Shown: positions 42,853 to 56,879, counted from the stretch's first letter. The stretch: DNA of 64,000 nt from Octopus vulgaris (GCA_951406725.2 OX597826.1:46314001-46378000); one strand, 5' to 3'. The notes: generated by a model not told the origin, from the sequence alone. Made by a program: numbers and translations.

Positions 42853-43410
42853 ATTTCTTTTATTAGCTACAAGGGCACAAGACATGGAAGACAACCTTAA
42901 AGGACAAGATACAACACTCAAAAACAGGTGGGGTTTACATCGATCAGAGGGAGACACTACAATATTAAAGGATATAACAAACGTTATATAAATGGAAGTT
43001 AGAGAAATAAATAATTAATAAATAAACAGAATCTCTAAGAGCTGGGCAGTTCACTTAGGGTAATTTGGTTAACCCTCACGCTGAAGACCCAGGTTACTCT
43101 GCCATCCCTAAGGTATGGGAAGTTCCCCCTGCCAGTTTTTATCCCTCTACTTCAAAACGTCTCACTATTGTTGCCATTCTTGTTCACCTACTGTTAAATG
43201 CACTAGAAGGCAGCACCTTCACCTTCAAATGATATTTTAAGAAATTGATGAGAGCTTGACCACATAGGAAAGTACTTATCTTCAAACCTTTCGAACAGGT
43301 CCACCACACAGCCTCTTTTGTCACAGTCACTAAGCAGAGAAAGATCTGCCTTTCATCTCTGCTAAAGGAATGTGGTGTGTTGATCTTCACTATATGCTAT
43401 CTGTCGTCTT
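42853..43410 (-). mobile_element. 3' end of a Tx1/L1-clade LINE
   Basis: ORF FLCLVTVTKEAVWWTCSKG...LINFLKYHLK resembles the Tx1 ORF2 C-terminus; tail gcccttgtagctaataaaagaaa. A related plus-strand tail lies at about 48740-48952. Confidence 0.6.
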
Positions 43411-45593
43411 TACTGAACACTCATACGTGTTTTCAATGAGAAACTCGTGTATGTGGGTGTATGTATATTGAGAGGAAAAAAGAAAATGGAGAAATAATGG
43501 ATGCATGAATAATTTATTTGAATGTTATAAAATGATGAAAATTTGTTTTAAAAAACCTAACAGTACAAATAAATTGATTATAAGCTGTAAAGCTCAAAAT
43601 ATAAAATAAAGGAACCTACATATATGTTTCAGTCCTATCACCTAAAGGAACCTACATATATGTTTCAGTCCTATCACTGTCTTTTCTAATCAATATCAAG
43701 GATTTTGTTGTCCAAGAACCATTGATAACAAGGTGAGGAGTAAACAGAGTACTACTCAAAGCAGCCACATCCAGAACAGATCTGGTAGCTTATTGAAACA
43801 GGTGTGGCCTCTATTTTTCTCCTCTCATACATTCACAAAATGTTGCCTTGTAAACAGGTAGATACTGACCAAAGAGTGTGTAACATCTCTACAAGTATAA
43901 GCTTTGAAGGGATTGGACTAATATAGTAATTAGATTATCATCATAATCATCATCAATTAACATCCATCTTCCATGCTGGCATAGGCTGGGCAGTTTGTTG
44001 TTTCATTTGGCATGGTTTCTATGGCTGGATACCCTCCCTAACACCAACCACATTATATAATACACTGAGTGCTTTATACATAACACTAGCATCAACAGTC
44101 ACCAAATAATTTGGAAGACGAAGATCCCTCGGCTAGGAGAGGAAACAGTACTGAGCAAGGTGTTTTGGTGCCGGCAAAGAAAATGAAAAAGTATCAACAA
44201 CCAACACTAGAGACAGATAGAAAAAGAGAGAGAGACTGAGATGCAAAAATGATGACAGAGAAAGCCTAATAGAAACAGATGGTCGCATTATCATGGTTAA
44301 GTTATGGATTATCATGGTGACATGTTGACAACATTTTAATCATCCATTTGTGATAATAGAACATTAATCAGATAAACATGTAGTGTTTCAATCACTAACC
44401 ATTTGTTCAGGCCCAATCTATGTGACGAAAAACATTTTCATTTTATTTTACCTAATTTTATTTCACTTCTTAGAGTTATCAACTTCTTATCATATTTTCT
44501 AAGTTTCTAATTTTAATTTCCTAATTTTTAAGCTGCTAACATTTTTTTTTAAACAATAATTGTATTACTAATTACAATTCCACACTAATTATAACCAAAT
44601 TTAGAGTATTGATTTTTCTTCTTTTCAGGCATTTACACTTCACATAAAGAAGGTGCTACACCTTCTTTCAAAAGTGGAAGACTGATCTCATGAGGAGGTG
44701 CCAAAAGATTGAAATGATCCATGACACAATGTTAGCGCTTTAGCGTTTAAACTGGCCATGTTCAGCCCAAAATGTTCTACCAGTTTCATGTTAAAACTGA
44801 CTGAATCAAGTTTCTCACACCTAACTGACAATGTCATTCAAATCGTAAACAATCCCATCACTGAAGTCTCAAAGTTACAACAGAATGCATTCAACATGAA
44901 TGAGTAAGTAATATATTTGATGTAGGAATCTGGATGCTAATGGGTCAAAGAACAAACATAAGGTAGGAAACATTAAAACAATGACAGCAATAGTGGCAGA
45001 GACACAAAATATATCCCTATAAAACCTCCTTCTATCCACTTTGTTTTTTTTATCGTAATTTTTTTTTGAACCCTGGGACTCATAAGACCAGTTGCCCAGC
45101 TTCTTATTTCTTTATTGCCCACAAGGGGCTAAACATAGAGGGGAGAAGCAAGGACAGACAAAGGGATTAAGTCGATTACATCAACCCCAGTGCATATAGA
45201 TATATACATATACACATATACGTATAGAGAGAGGGAAAAAAATCTATCTCGCTTGGCAACAGGTGGAGGTTGGCGTCAGGAAGGGCAACTGGCTGTAGAA
45301 AGCTTGCCACACATTTAGCACTGCGCAGATGTACATACATTTTTTGTAGGCGTGGGCATGGCTGTGTGGTTAGGAAGCTTGCTTCCTATCTACATGGTTT
45401 CGGGGTCAGTTCCACCGCGTGGCACTTTGGGTAAGTGTTTTCTGCTATAGCCCCGGGCCAACCGAAGCCTTGTGATTGAATTTGGAAGGCAGAAGTTACT
45501 GCCGTGTGTGTACATGCTTGCGCCTCTCCGAGAGAGAGAGGGATATATTCCCATATATATACATACACACACACACACACATATATATATATA

Positions 45594-46682
45594 CAGGGAG
45601 CAATGGGTAAAATGTCACTATTTAATATTTTTAATCTTGCGCATGTGCATCGTTTGTTTTTCATTTAGTCAACTACACAGTATTGTAGGGTTAGTTGGGC
45701 ACCATCTGTGAGAAAAACACTACCATGATGCAATTCACTCTACCAGAAATTTGGAAATGACATACTGTACTGTTTGGCATTCACGCTGGAAGATCCAATA
45801 CAAACAGATGTTGAACACACAGAACAACTATTGGCTTACCATGTCCCCAAAACATGTACTGAGAGTGATAAAAATTAAACATTCAGTCAACATCATGGTA
45901 TTTGGAATGATCACTAGTGATGGCAATGTTATGCCTCCATTCATCTTCCCACACTGCCTCAGACTCAACATAGAGGCTACATCAAGTACCTGGAGGAGGT
46001 AGCGCTACTCTGAGTCAACAGGGTGGCTGCTGGAAGACATTGTTTAGCATCAGGACTTTGCACCATGCCACACAAGCAGGAAACCCAGTCATGGCTGTCA
46101 AACAATTTCTGTAACCACATCACCCGTAACATCTGGCCATATAACTCCCCACACTGCAACCCCCTTGATTATTATGTGTGGGGCGCAGTTGAGGGAGAGA
46201 CCAACAAAACTCCTTTTAACACCAAAGATGAACTGAAGGCAAGGATTATGGCAGCATTCATCAACTTTATACAAGGTGACCATCCAGAATGGTTGCAGGA
46301 GATTCCAAAGACGTCTGGAGGCTGCGGTTGAAACCAATGGTGATTTTATTGAATAAATTTAACTCTTTAGTATTTCAAGATATTTTTATGTAATTTTGGT
46401 AAATATATCTGTTAAAATAAGATGTCAGTGTTATTTTAATTTTTGTGTAATTTAGATGACAATATATTCAGTGCACCCTGCATATATATGAATGGTTGCA
46501 GGAGATTCCAAAGACATCTGGAGGCTGCGGTTGAAGCCATCAGCGATTTTATTGAATAAATTTACTCTTTAGTATTTCAAGATATTTTAATGTAATTTTG
46601 GTAAATATATCTGTTAAAATGAGATGTCAGTGTTATTTTCATTCTTGTGTAATTTAGATGACAATATATTCACTGCACCCTG
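45594..46682 (+). mobile_element. Internally deleted DD37D maT copy with a tandemly duplicated right end
   Basis: TA-CAGGG...CACCCTG-TA; aligns with 13567-14731; WPYNSPHCNPLDYYVWG; 203-bp duplication starting at 46287 and 46490. Confidence 0.85.
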
Positions 46683-47899
46683 TATATATATATATATGAA
46701 TGTCTTTGCAGTTAAGTGTTTACTTCACAATCACATGGTCTGAGGTTCAGTCTCACTGTGCAGCACCATAAGCAAGTATCTTTTATCATAACCCCATGCT
46801 AACAAAAGCCTTGAGTGGATTTCGAAGATAGAAACATTCTGTGTGTGTGTATGTGTGTATGTGTGTGGGGGGTGTGCATGCATGTATGCATGCGTGTATG
46901 AGAGTACATGTCTGTGTGTGCAAGTGCATGTTAGTCTGTTTGTTTACACCTGTTACTTGTTTATTCATAAGTCACACCTGTGTAGTGATTTCTTGGATTT
47001 CTTCTGTCAATTGATAGCCAGTTTGCTTTGTCCTTTTTAAGGCATGTGGAATAAAGTGGACTATGCACTAAATAGTTAAAACACTTGTAAAGTCTTTCGA
47101 GAAAATAGTTGACTTGAACCTCGTGTATCCAGATAACATGTAAGTGGTAATATTTTATATTATCTTTTAAACACTAATATATTTAGCTTCAATCATAACA
47201 AGGTTTTTAATAATAATTGTTAATTACAGGTATTCTTTTATGAGTTTCTAATCTAATAAGGATATTTTAGTATTATCTATTAAATTACTTGTGTAAGTTT
47301 AACATTAAAGCATGTAAAGATAACGAATATTTAATACGTATGGAGTGTTTTAATTATTTAACTCTTGGGTTATGAAATAGTGTAATTCATTAGAATTAGT
47401 TATATTATTAGTTAACTTCAATCATATTTGCCTTGTCTTGGAAAGAATAGAATATAAAAACCTTTCACTTTTATATCAATAACTATGCAAGACTGGTGGG
47501 AATATTATCCATTTGAACTTTAAGGGCTAGGTTGCTATTTAGTTCAATAATTTAGGAGTTAGTTACAGGTTTACTTATAGAATTAATTTATGGATACTGA
47601 TTTTGTACATAGGGTAATGTGGTTTCTTTGTTGTAGTTTAATTAATAATGTTAGTGTTTAATCCTTCCTAGAATTAAGATTGAATTAATGTGATGATATC
47701 TAAGGTATGCTTGTTCCCTAACAACACTTACTTTAGTGCTGTTGACACCGCTGGATTGAATGGTACTGCCCAGGTGCCGAAACCATAGTGATATCAGTGG
47801 GGCAGCTGATGATGGAAGTGTGTTGGAGAAACACTGATTTAACCTAAATTTGAGACACCAGCAAAAGAAGAAATAAAGATAGACTTTTTTTCTGTTCCA

Positions 47900-48065
47900 A
47901 AGAAAATTGCATTCTCACCTGGAAACGAATTTTGTAATTTTTTCAAGACTTATACAAGCCCTGATACCATCGGTATCTACATATCAAATTTGAGCACAAT
48001 CAAATGGAGGATGCCCGAGATCCTAGAAGCCACACACAGACAGACAGAACGGATTTTATATTATA
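47900..48065 (+). mobile_element. Probable Helitron-like non-autonomous 3' end
   Basis: atatcaaatttgagcacaatc...gagatc..(ACAG)n..tttatattata resembles the ends of rolling-circle elements. Confidence 0.4.
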
Positions 48066-48079
48066 TATATATATATATA

Positions 48080-48335
48080 ATTACATTATATAAAAGGGCT
48101 TAGTAAAATAAATTACTTTGCCACATACTGAACTCATTAGAAATAGCAGCTAAAAAAATTTTTTTAACTATTTCTAATACTTAAAGAAAATCTCTCTCAT
48201 ATAGTGTTTGCTGTATGAGAGAGATTTTCTTTAAGTATTAGAAATAGTTAAAAAAATTTTTTTAGCTGCTATTTCTAATGAGTTCAGTATGTGGCAAAGT
48301 AATTTATTTTACTAAGCCCTTTTATATAATGTAAT
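48080..48335. repeat. Perfect inverted repeat, 122-bp arms with a 12-nt spacer
   Basis: 48080-48201 is the exact reverse complement of 48214-48335. Confidence 0.97.
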
Positions 48336-48423
48336 AATTTGAATTCGCCTTAAATGGTCCCTTTACATACTGAATACTTGGTGAAATTGATTAATAATTA
48401 ATTAATTTTACCCTCAATTGTTG

Positions 48424-48468
<45 letters not shown>

Positions 48469-49059
48469 GAGAAAGAACAAAAGAATATAGGTTTTAGTAT
48501 ATAAAGTATAAAACAAGTTAAAACAGTATAGTATATATATTAGTAAATTCATTTAAATTAACTTGAATCTTTATTGCTTTATAAATATATATATATTGGT
48601 TATTTATGTATATATACATGTATATATTATATATATTCCAACTTTGATTTCCATCATTTGGGGGTACTACAATATAGTACCCCACTCCCATAACCGCTAC
48701 TGGCCTTCTACTTGAATCAGAAAACAATTGCTATGATTATTATTAAGGAGGAGAATGTGGAGAGGGTGACCATGGTATTGTAGTTTCTCCACGGGCATCC
48801 CTAGGAATGCCCTATTTTGGGAAATTATTCATTACAGTTTTATATTGTTACACTTATTTTACATTTTACATGCCTTTTTTGTAACCCCATATTGTATTGT
48901 CCTGTATCTTCTGCAATGTCTTTTGTGAACCCTTAGTGGTTAATAAAGAAAACACTATTATTGTTATTATTATAGATATTATCATTATTAGGGTTGTTAT
49001 ATCACTATTATTATTGTTATTATTATTATTATTATTCGGCCTTTGTGGCCTATAAAGAA

Positions 49060-49112
<53 letters not shown>

Positions 49113-50216
49113 AGCAGCAAGCTGGCAGAATCATTAGCACATTAGACAATATGCTTCTTTCAGTCTTTGTTCTGAGCTCAGATTCTATCGAAGTCAACTT
49201 TGCTTTCATCCTTTCGGGGTTGATAAATGAAGAAACACTGGGGTCAATATAAATGATAATCCCCTCCCCCAAATTTAAGGCCTTGTGCCTATAGTAGAAA
49301 GGATTATTATTATTATTAAAGGGCAAAGTACTGAAGGGCAATCTCCGAATGCTGAACCTTTTGAATGAGCTGACAAAGAATCGAGATACCTGCCACCTTG
49401 CTGTACTCAAGAAGACCTGTCCTCCACAGCAGAAGTGTTAAGGCCACAACCCCTAGTGAAAAAGATTACGCTGCAAGAGTCCTGTGCCCATGCCATGTAA
49501 AAAGCACTAAGTGGTTGGCGTCAGGAAGGGAAACCAGCCATGAAAACAAAGCCAAATCAGACTGGAACCTGGTGCAGCTCCCCAGCTTGCTAGCTCCAGT
49601 CAAACCTTTAACATCCAACCCATACCAGCACGGAAAACAGATGTCAGATTATGATGATAGGCAGTGGATTGGCAGAACCATTCCAGTGTCAAATGAAATA
49701 AACTTGCAATATTCGTTCTAAGGAGGCAGGAAGCTGGCAGAATCGTTACTGAACCAGGTAAAATGCTTAGTGTTGTTTCATCCATCTTCACATTCTGAGT
49801 CCAAATTCTGCTGAGGTTGACTTTACCTTTCAGGCTTTTAGGGTCAATAAAATAAGGACCAGCTGAGTACTAAGGCCAATGTAATTGGCTCAACCCCTCA
49901 TCGAAAGTCACTGGCCTAGTACAAGAATTTGAAACTAATATTCATAATCTGAGTTCAAATCCTGGCAAGGTCAACTTTGCCTTACATACCACAACAGCTG
50001 ATAAAATAAAGTAACAGACAACAAGCAGCAATTTGGGGAAAGGGGATGAATCAATTACATTGACCCCAGTTTGCAACTGGCACTTAATTTATCGACCCCG
50101 AAAGGATGAAAGGCAAAGTCGACCTTGGCAGAATTTGAACTCACAACGTAGTGATGGGCAAAATACTGCTAAGCATTTCGTCCGGCATGCTAACAATTCT
50201 GCCAGCTCACCGCCTT

Positions 50217-50257
<41 letters not shown>

Positions 50258-51254
50258 TAATAATAATAATATCATCAAAGATATTTCTTTCGAAAAATAG
50301 CAACTTACAGTTGCATATTATAAGATGTACATTTATTAATATCCTACACAATTTTCTTTGTTTTTTCTTCTTTTTTTTGTGGTGGGTGGTGGATGGTTAC
50401 ATTTGTGCACGTAGGTGCATGTTTGCATTTTTTCTTAATTTTTCTATGCCTTTTTTTTTTTCATTTTCCTATTTTTATTATTATTAGTATTATTATTTTT
50501 TTTCTCAATTAGGCAATGTTGGAGTTCTTTGTTTTTGTAATATTTCACATCCAGTTTACAAATATTCTTTATCAGTGATTATGAAATGTTAAAATTTATC
50601 AACGTATTTTCCATTTCTATAATTGACAGTTAGGAAATATTATAAACATGTTATAAAGATTATTATTTTCATTTTTGTTTCATTCACTTCGCTTTTGTGT
50701 GCATGCACGTGTGTATGTTTATATGTGAGCATGTATGTATGTATGTACGTGTGCCTCTATGTGCGTGTCTTGGTGTTGTTGTTAGTGTTGTTGCTGTTGG
50801 TGGTGGTGATAGGGGATTAAATTATACATGGCACAAACTGATATAGCATGCTTGTAAAACTGAACTGACAACCTCAATTATTCAATTGCCAGTAGAGAGA
50901 CAGCGATAAAATGGATGGTAATTAGTATCAAACCAGAAGAAGAAGAATGTAGCATGCAATGAAAATTCAGTAAAAATATGAAAATAATAATAATAATAAT
51001 AATAATTGAAAAAAGACAACACTTCTTTGCAAGAGAAAAATTTCTACTTAAAGAAAGGCAAATCAATGTAAACTGTAACTTGGTGGTGCAAGAAGTTTAA
51101 AAAAAAAAAAAAAATTGAAAAATTAAACTAAAAAATACATATATACATAAAAAAAAAGAAGAAAAATTTGGAAGGATTCTTTTGACAAATTATCATGGAC
51201 TAGAAGGAAATATCCAGCGTAAAATAATAATGATAAAATATAGACAGAAATATA

Positions 51255-51297
<43 letters not shown>

Positions 51298-51591
51298 AGA
51301 AAATGAGCATATGAAGATTTAAGAGAAAAATGTGCTAAAAATCAAAAGAAAAGTAACTTATTATACACAAACACTAATACACATGCACACATGTGCATGT
51401 GCATTTGCAGTGGACTTTATATGCTGCAGTACCAAGTACTGATACATGCAATAGAGTCAATGTTTGCACCTTCAGATGCAAAGCCTTTGTTCAGAAAACC
51501 AAATAGTTTTTATGGAATATAAATTTTACATACATACATAAGGATACATATTTCATGCATATACACTATCTATCTATCTACAACACATACA

Positions 51592-51642
<51 letters not shown>

Positions 51643-51875
51643 GTACAAACTTGAGCTTTTCTTAACTTAATTCTCCAATGTGCATACATAATACATATAT
51701 AGGTTTAATTTTCTAATTTCTTCACACTACAAAGCATACACATGCATTGTATCTGTTTAAACAGCTTTCATTATCTCTCTCCACACACATAGACACATAT
51801 ACATATGAAGAAATTAAAAATTAAACATATATATGCATATATATATATATATTTGCATGTATATGTGTGTATGTA

Positions 51876-51927
<52 letters not shown>

Positions 51928-51977
51928 CACATATACATATATATATGAAATAAGAAAATGAAACATATATGCATATA

Positions 51978-52032
<55 letters not shown>

Positions 52033-52574
52033 TTCATTCATTTATATATAATTTTAGTATGAAGAAAATTAAACTTTAAAAATATCAGACAATAATCAGG
52101 AAAATAAAAATGTATAACAAGGAAAAGGATAATTGCAACAGCCTCAGAAGCAGCAAATGAAGATGTGTGTGTGTGTGTGTGTGTGCATGTGAGTCATGGG
52201 GTGATGTCTGTTCCTTGGCAGCATGTTAGTGGAAAGAGACAGTGACGGGGAGAAAGAGAGGGAGAAGGAAAGGATTGGAGTCCGCAGGGGGGCGAAGAGT
52301 AGGAAATAGATATTTTAGTAGATGTTCCAGCAGCTTGCGGACTTGCAATAAATAAATAATTGTTCAAACGCCCAACCAACCCACAGCCTGGAATTTCAAA
52401 AAAAAAAATGAAAACAAAAAAAAAAAAATAATGATAATAATAATAATAACAACTGTGAAAAAACAACCTACAAGTATAAAGAAATTAAAAGGCAAAATAA
52501 AAAATATATAAATAAACAAATAAATAAATAGCTATATATATATATATCTATCTATCTATATATATGTATGTATT

Positions 52575-52613
<39 letters not shown>

Positions 52614-52893
52614 AAAAGATGTCAGCCCGCATCAGTGATGTCAAGTTCTTGTACGGTGTCTTCCAACGAAATTGCCAGTGATCTCTTAAGGAAGAAGAGT
52701 TTTCTGGAAATGACCGAACAATGGAATTGAAGGGACTCTGCTGTTTCCGAACACAATGCCAATAATGGACTGGTAGAGTCGGCTAATACAGCATTTGTTA
52801 AAGAGATTCATCCAATTACAGTTTAATTTCGGCTTCATTCTAGTTCACAGCAGGCACGGCAACAGCGACAATAACTCACCGATCACTTTGCAT

Positions 52894-52962
52894 TCAAAGA
52901 CAGCACAGAAGACGTAGAATTTCACACAAAGCGTTTTTCCATCTAGCACGCTGTTGCTGATG
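52894..52962 (-). CDS. Candidate terminal coding exon HQQQRARWKNALCEILRLLCCL*
   Basis: Pyrimidine tract + CAG acceptor; unique, CpG-containing, coding-like sequence; GTGAGT donor at 52879-52874 just downstream. Gene not identified. Confidence 0.45.
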   Translation of the reverse strand, partial: HQQQRARWKNALCEILRLLCCL

Positions 52963-53040
52963 CTGCGTTTTAATAAAAGGCCAAGTGAAAAATGCAAAAA
53001 AAAAACCCCAAAAAAATGATAAAATAATAACAACAACAAC

Positions 53041-53072
<32 letters not shown>

Positions 53073-53624
53073 AACGGTATGAAATGAAATGAAAAATATG
53101 GTATTAAAATATACACATTTGCTGGCCTATTTTTTGCTTTGCTTCTATTTTGGATTTTATTTTTATATTTGTGTTTTTTTTTATTTTTTTTTTTTCATTT
53201 TAGCACATTTAGCTTCTTAGCTTTCATTAACTGTCTTCATACATACATACATACATACATACATACATGTATATATATAAATGTGTTTAAGTGAGTAAAT
53301 ATATATATATATATATATATGTATTTATTATATTAGACATACATACACATATATACACACATGTATATACATATATACATGCATATATATATATGTGTGT
53401 ATTATGAATATATTATAAAAATATATATGTATGTAGTATATACAGACAGGTATGTAGAAAGATAGATATTCACAATATCATAAATACACACACACACATA
53501 TATATACATGCATATATATGTGTGTATTATGAATATATTATAAAGACATGTATGTATATACAGACAGGTAGGTAGAAAGATAGATATTCACAATACATTA
53601 CAATTATAAATTGATAGATAGATA

Positions 53625-53679
<55 letters not shown>

Positions 53680-53853
53680 AAGCATACATTCATATACCAT
53701 TTACATACATGCATGTATGCAATTTCACAATACAGACATTATAAAACACACACACACACAAACATACATGTAAATCCATGTATTTTTAACTATTCATATG
53801 CATGTATATATAATTATAACTATACACACATACACATGTGTATGTATGTATTT

Positions 53854-53887
<34 letters not shown>

Positions 53888-53993
53888 TGTGCGAGAGTAT
53901 GTAAATATATGTATATACACACACACCTATTTATATACTGAAATTACTAATGTATTTGTGCAGATAGATAGGTAAAGAGAAGAGAATCAGAGA

Positions 53994-54027
<34 letters not shown>

Positions 54028-54151
54028 AAGTGAGAGAGAGAAACCGACAGACAGTCAGACAAAACCTAAAACATTGCATATTTCCTATTACTGAATATTA
54101 TTAGATATATGAATACGTTCACGCATACTCGTACATGCACATTCATAAACT

Positions 54152-54184
<33 letters not shown>

Positions 54185-54391
54185 AGAAATGCAGGCTCAT
54201 AGATATACATACATAGACAGACAGAAACTTACATAAATACGTAAACACATTGAAAGGCAGATAAAGAAATGCAGAGAAAAGTTCATTACATGCTGTATAT
54301 TAATCTCAACACTTCACTTAATCCATTCATAACTGCAGAAATAACCTGTGCAGAATAAATATATATATGTATACATATACATATATATACA

Positions 54392-54429
<38 letters not shown>

Positions 54430-54669
54430 CACACCAGCATGGCTGTGTGGTGAAGAAGTTCAATTTGGAACTAAGTAGTGAGAATTCTGGTCTTACTGCG
54501 TGGATACTGTTAGCTAGTCTCCAAGACAACAGCCATGGATAATGTTTCTGCCAGCATGTTGGACATGATGAAAGGGGTACACCAACACTGCTAACCAGGA
54601 ATACATTCAGGAATGTTCTTATGCATGTATTCGTACACACACATACTGCAGGATGTGGAGTCACCCAAC

Positions 54670-56010
54670 AACGAATAGACACGATGGAGTACTGCAACAC
54701 TGTTTGACATGATGTACTCGAATACTACTAGGTATAATGGAATACCCCAATACCGCTAGACATGATGGAGTACAGCAACACTGCTAGACACAATGGAGTG
54801 CCCAAACAATGCTAGACAAAATGGAGTACTCCAAAACTGCGAGACATGATAGAGTACCCGAACAATGCTAGGCACAATGGAGTACCCCAACAACGCTAGA
54901 CATGATGTACTCCAATACTGTTAGGTGTGATGGAATACTCCAATACTGCTAGAGACAAAGGAGGACATCAACACTGCTCAACACAATGGAGTACCCAAAC
55001 AAAATGGAGTACTCCAAATCTGAGAAACATGATAGAGTACCCTAACACTGCTAGATATCATGGAGTACCCCAACACTGCACACATGATTCAAAAGTACCT
55101 CAACACTGCAGACATGACGAATGGGTATATCAGCACTGCACACCAACACTGCAGACATGATGAGCGGGTACATCAGCACTGCTGTACAAGATGGAGTACA
55201 TCAACACTGCCAGACGTGATGAAAGGGTATCTTAAAACTGAAGACGTGATTGAGTATCTAAACATTGCAGACATGATGAAGGGGTATGTCAACATTGACT
55301 ACAAAAATGATGGGTACACCAACACTGCTGAAATGATGAAGGAGTATTCAAATACTGCAGATATGATCAAAAGTATATCCACACAGCTGAACATAATGAC
55401 AGGGTACCCTAACACTACAAACATAATGAAGGGGTACCACAATACTATAAACATGATAAATGGATACACCAATAGAGCTGGATATGACAACAGGGTATGA
55501 CATCACTACTGAGCATAATAAAGGGGACATCCAACACAGTCTAGTATAATGACTGAGTACACCAACAGTGCTGGACAAGAAGGGATACACCTAAAAGTAC
55601 ACACACGATAGAGGGGTAGGCCAACAATGTAGGACACGGTGAGGGGATATACCAACAATGTAGGACATGATAAAGTGGATGCCAAAATTATGGACATAAT
55701 AAAAGGGTACCCTAACACTACAAACATAATAAAGGGATACACCAAAAGAGCTGAATATGACAATAGGGTATGACATCACTACTGAGCAGAATAAAGGGGA
55801 CATCCAACACAGTCAAGTATAATGACTGAGTACACCAACAGTGCTGGACAAGAAGGGATACACCTAAAAGTACACACATGATAGAGGGGTAGGCCAACAA
55901 TGTAGGACACGGTGAGGGGATACACCAACAATGTAGGACACGGTGAGGGGATACACCAACAATGTAGGACTTGATAAAGTGGATGCCAAAATTGTGGACA
56001 TAACAAAAGG
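54670..56010. repeat. 28-31-bp minisatellite array with a higher-order duplication of about 303 bp
   Basis: Monomer gacatgatggagtaccccaacactgcta; 55402-55704 is nearly repeated at 55705-56011. Confidence 0.9.
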
Positions 56011-56800
56011 GTTCACTGGAAATAAAAAAAATGTTTGGAAATGCCATTCATAACGAACTGCTTGGTATTTTTGTTAAAATTCCCACAGTTTGCTCTGTTT
56101 TTCCACGCTTATATAACAAATCTGATTCTGGTACCATGCTGCTATATCACTAGTTATTTTAGTCTTTTATTTTCTTTGTACACTTACTCCTTATCCGCAT
56201 CCCAAGGATTCTTCGGTACCAGAAGCTGTACTTGTTTTCAAAAGCGTTAAGCAACCACAAGAAAATATTTTTACCTCTCGGGACAGGGGCACTTTAAACC
56301 GACAGATGATCTGTCGGTTCCACATTGTTGTTATTGCTTGCAGTAATGAGTCATAACACACTGTGATCCCTATGTACATCAAGGTAGAGTGGGTCATTTG
56401 ATAAGTTAAGTGTCTTGACTAATAGTTACAATACACGAGCTTTATCAAATTTTCCAGCATTTGCACCATCCTTATAAATTACACCACGTGTGTGTATATG
56501 TGTGAGTTTCGAAACGCGGAGTAGGTGAAACAGGGGCAGCTGAAGAGGGGGAATGTTCCTTGTGTTGTATGTCTTGTACTCTATTTTTTCGTTCTTTAAG
56601 AAAAATGTCCATTTCCTTGGTTTTGTGTTTATGTTTTCGTTTCTCATTGTGTTCGATGTTTTTTAGGTGTCCTGTACCCATATATGCATGTATATATATA
56701 TACATATAGATGTAGGTACATACATATATATATACATATAGATGTAGGTACATACATATATATATATGTATATATCCATATGTTTTATTTATTATTTTGT

Positions 56801-56879
<79 letters not shown>

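Noticed and set aside
47040-47720. AT-rich island, possibly a decayed Penelope ORF
   Set aside because: No recognisable GIY-YIG or RT motif by eye
48273-48400. CTAATGA...GAAA variant hammerhead in the palindrome tail
   Set aside because: G5 is mutated, there is a 7-nt insertion before GAAA, and stems I and III are not convincing.
54670-56010. CRISPR-like periodic array
   Set aside because: Contiguous degenerate monomers, no unique spacers, no cas genes, eukaryotic context
56500-56560. GAAACGCGG and CTGAAGAGG motifs, possible Penelope pLTR remnant
   Set aside because: The motifs cannot be folded into a complete hammerhead.
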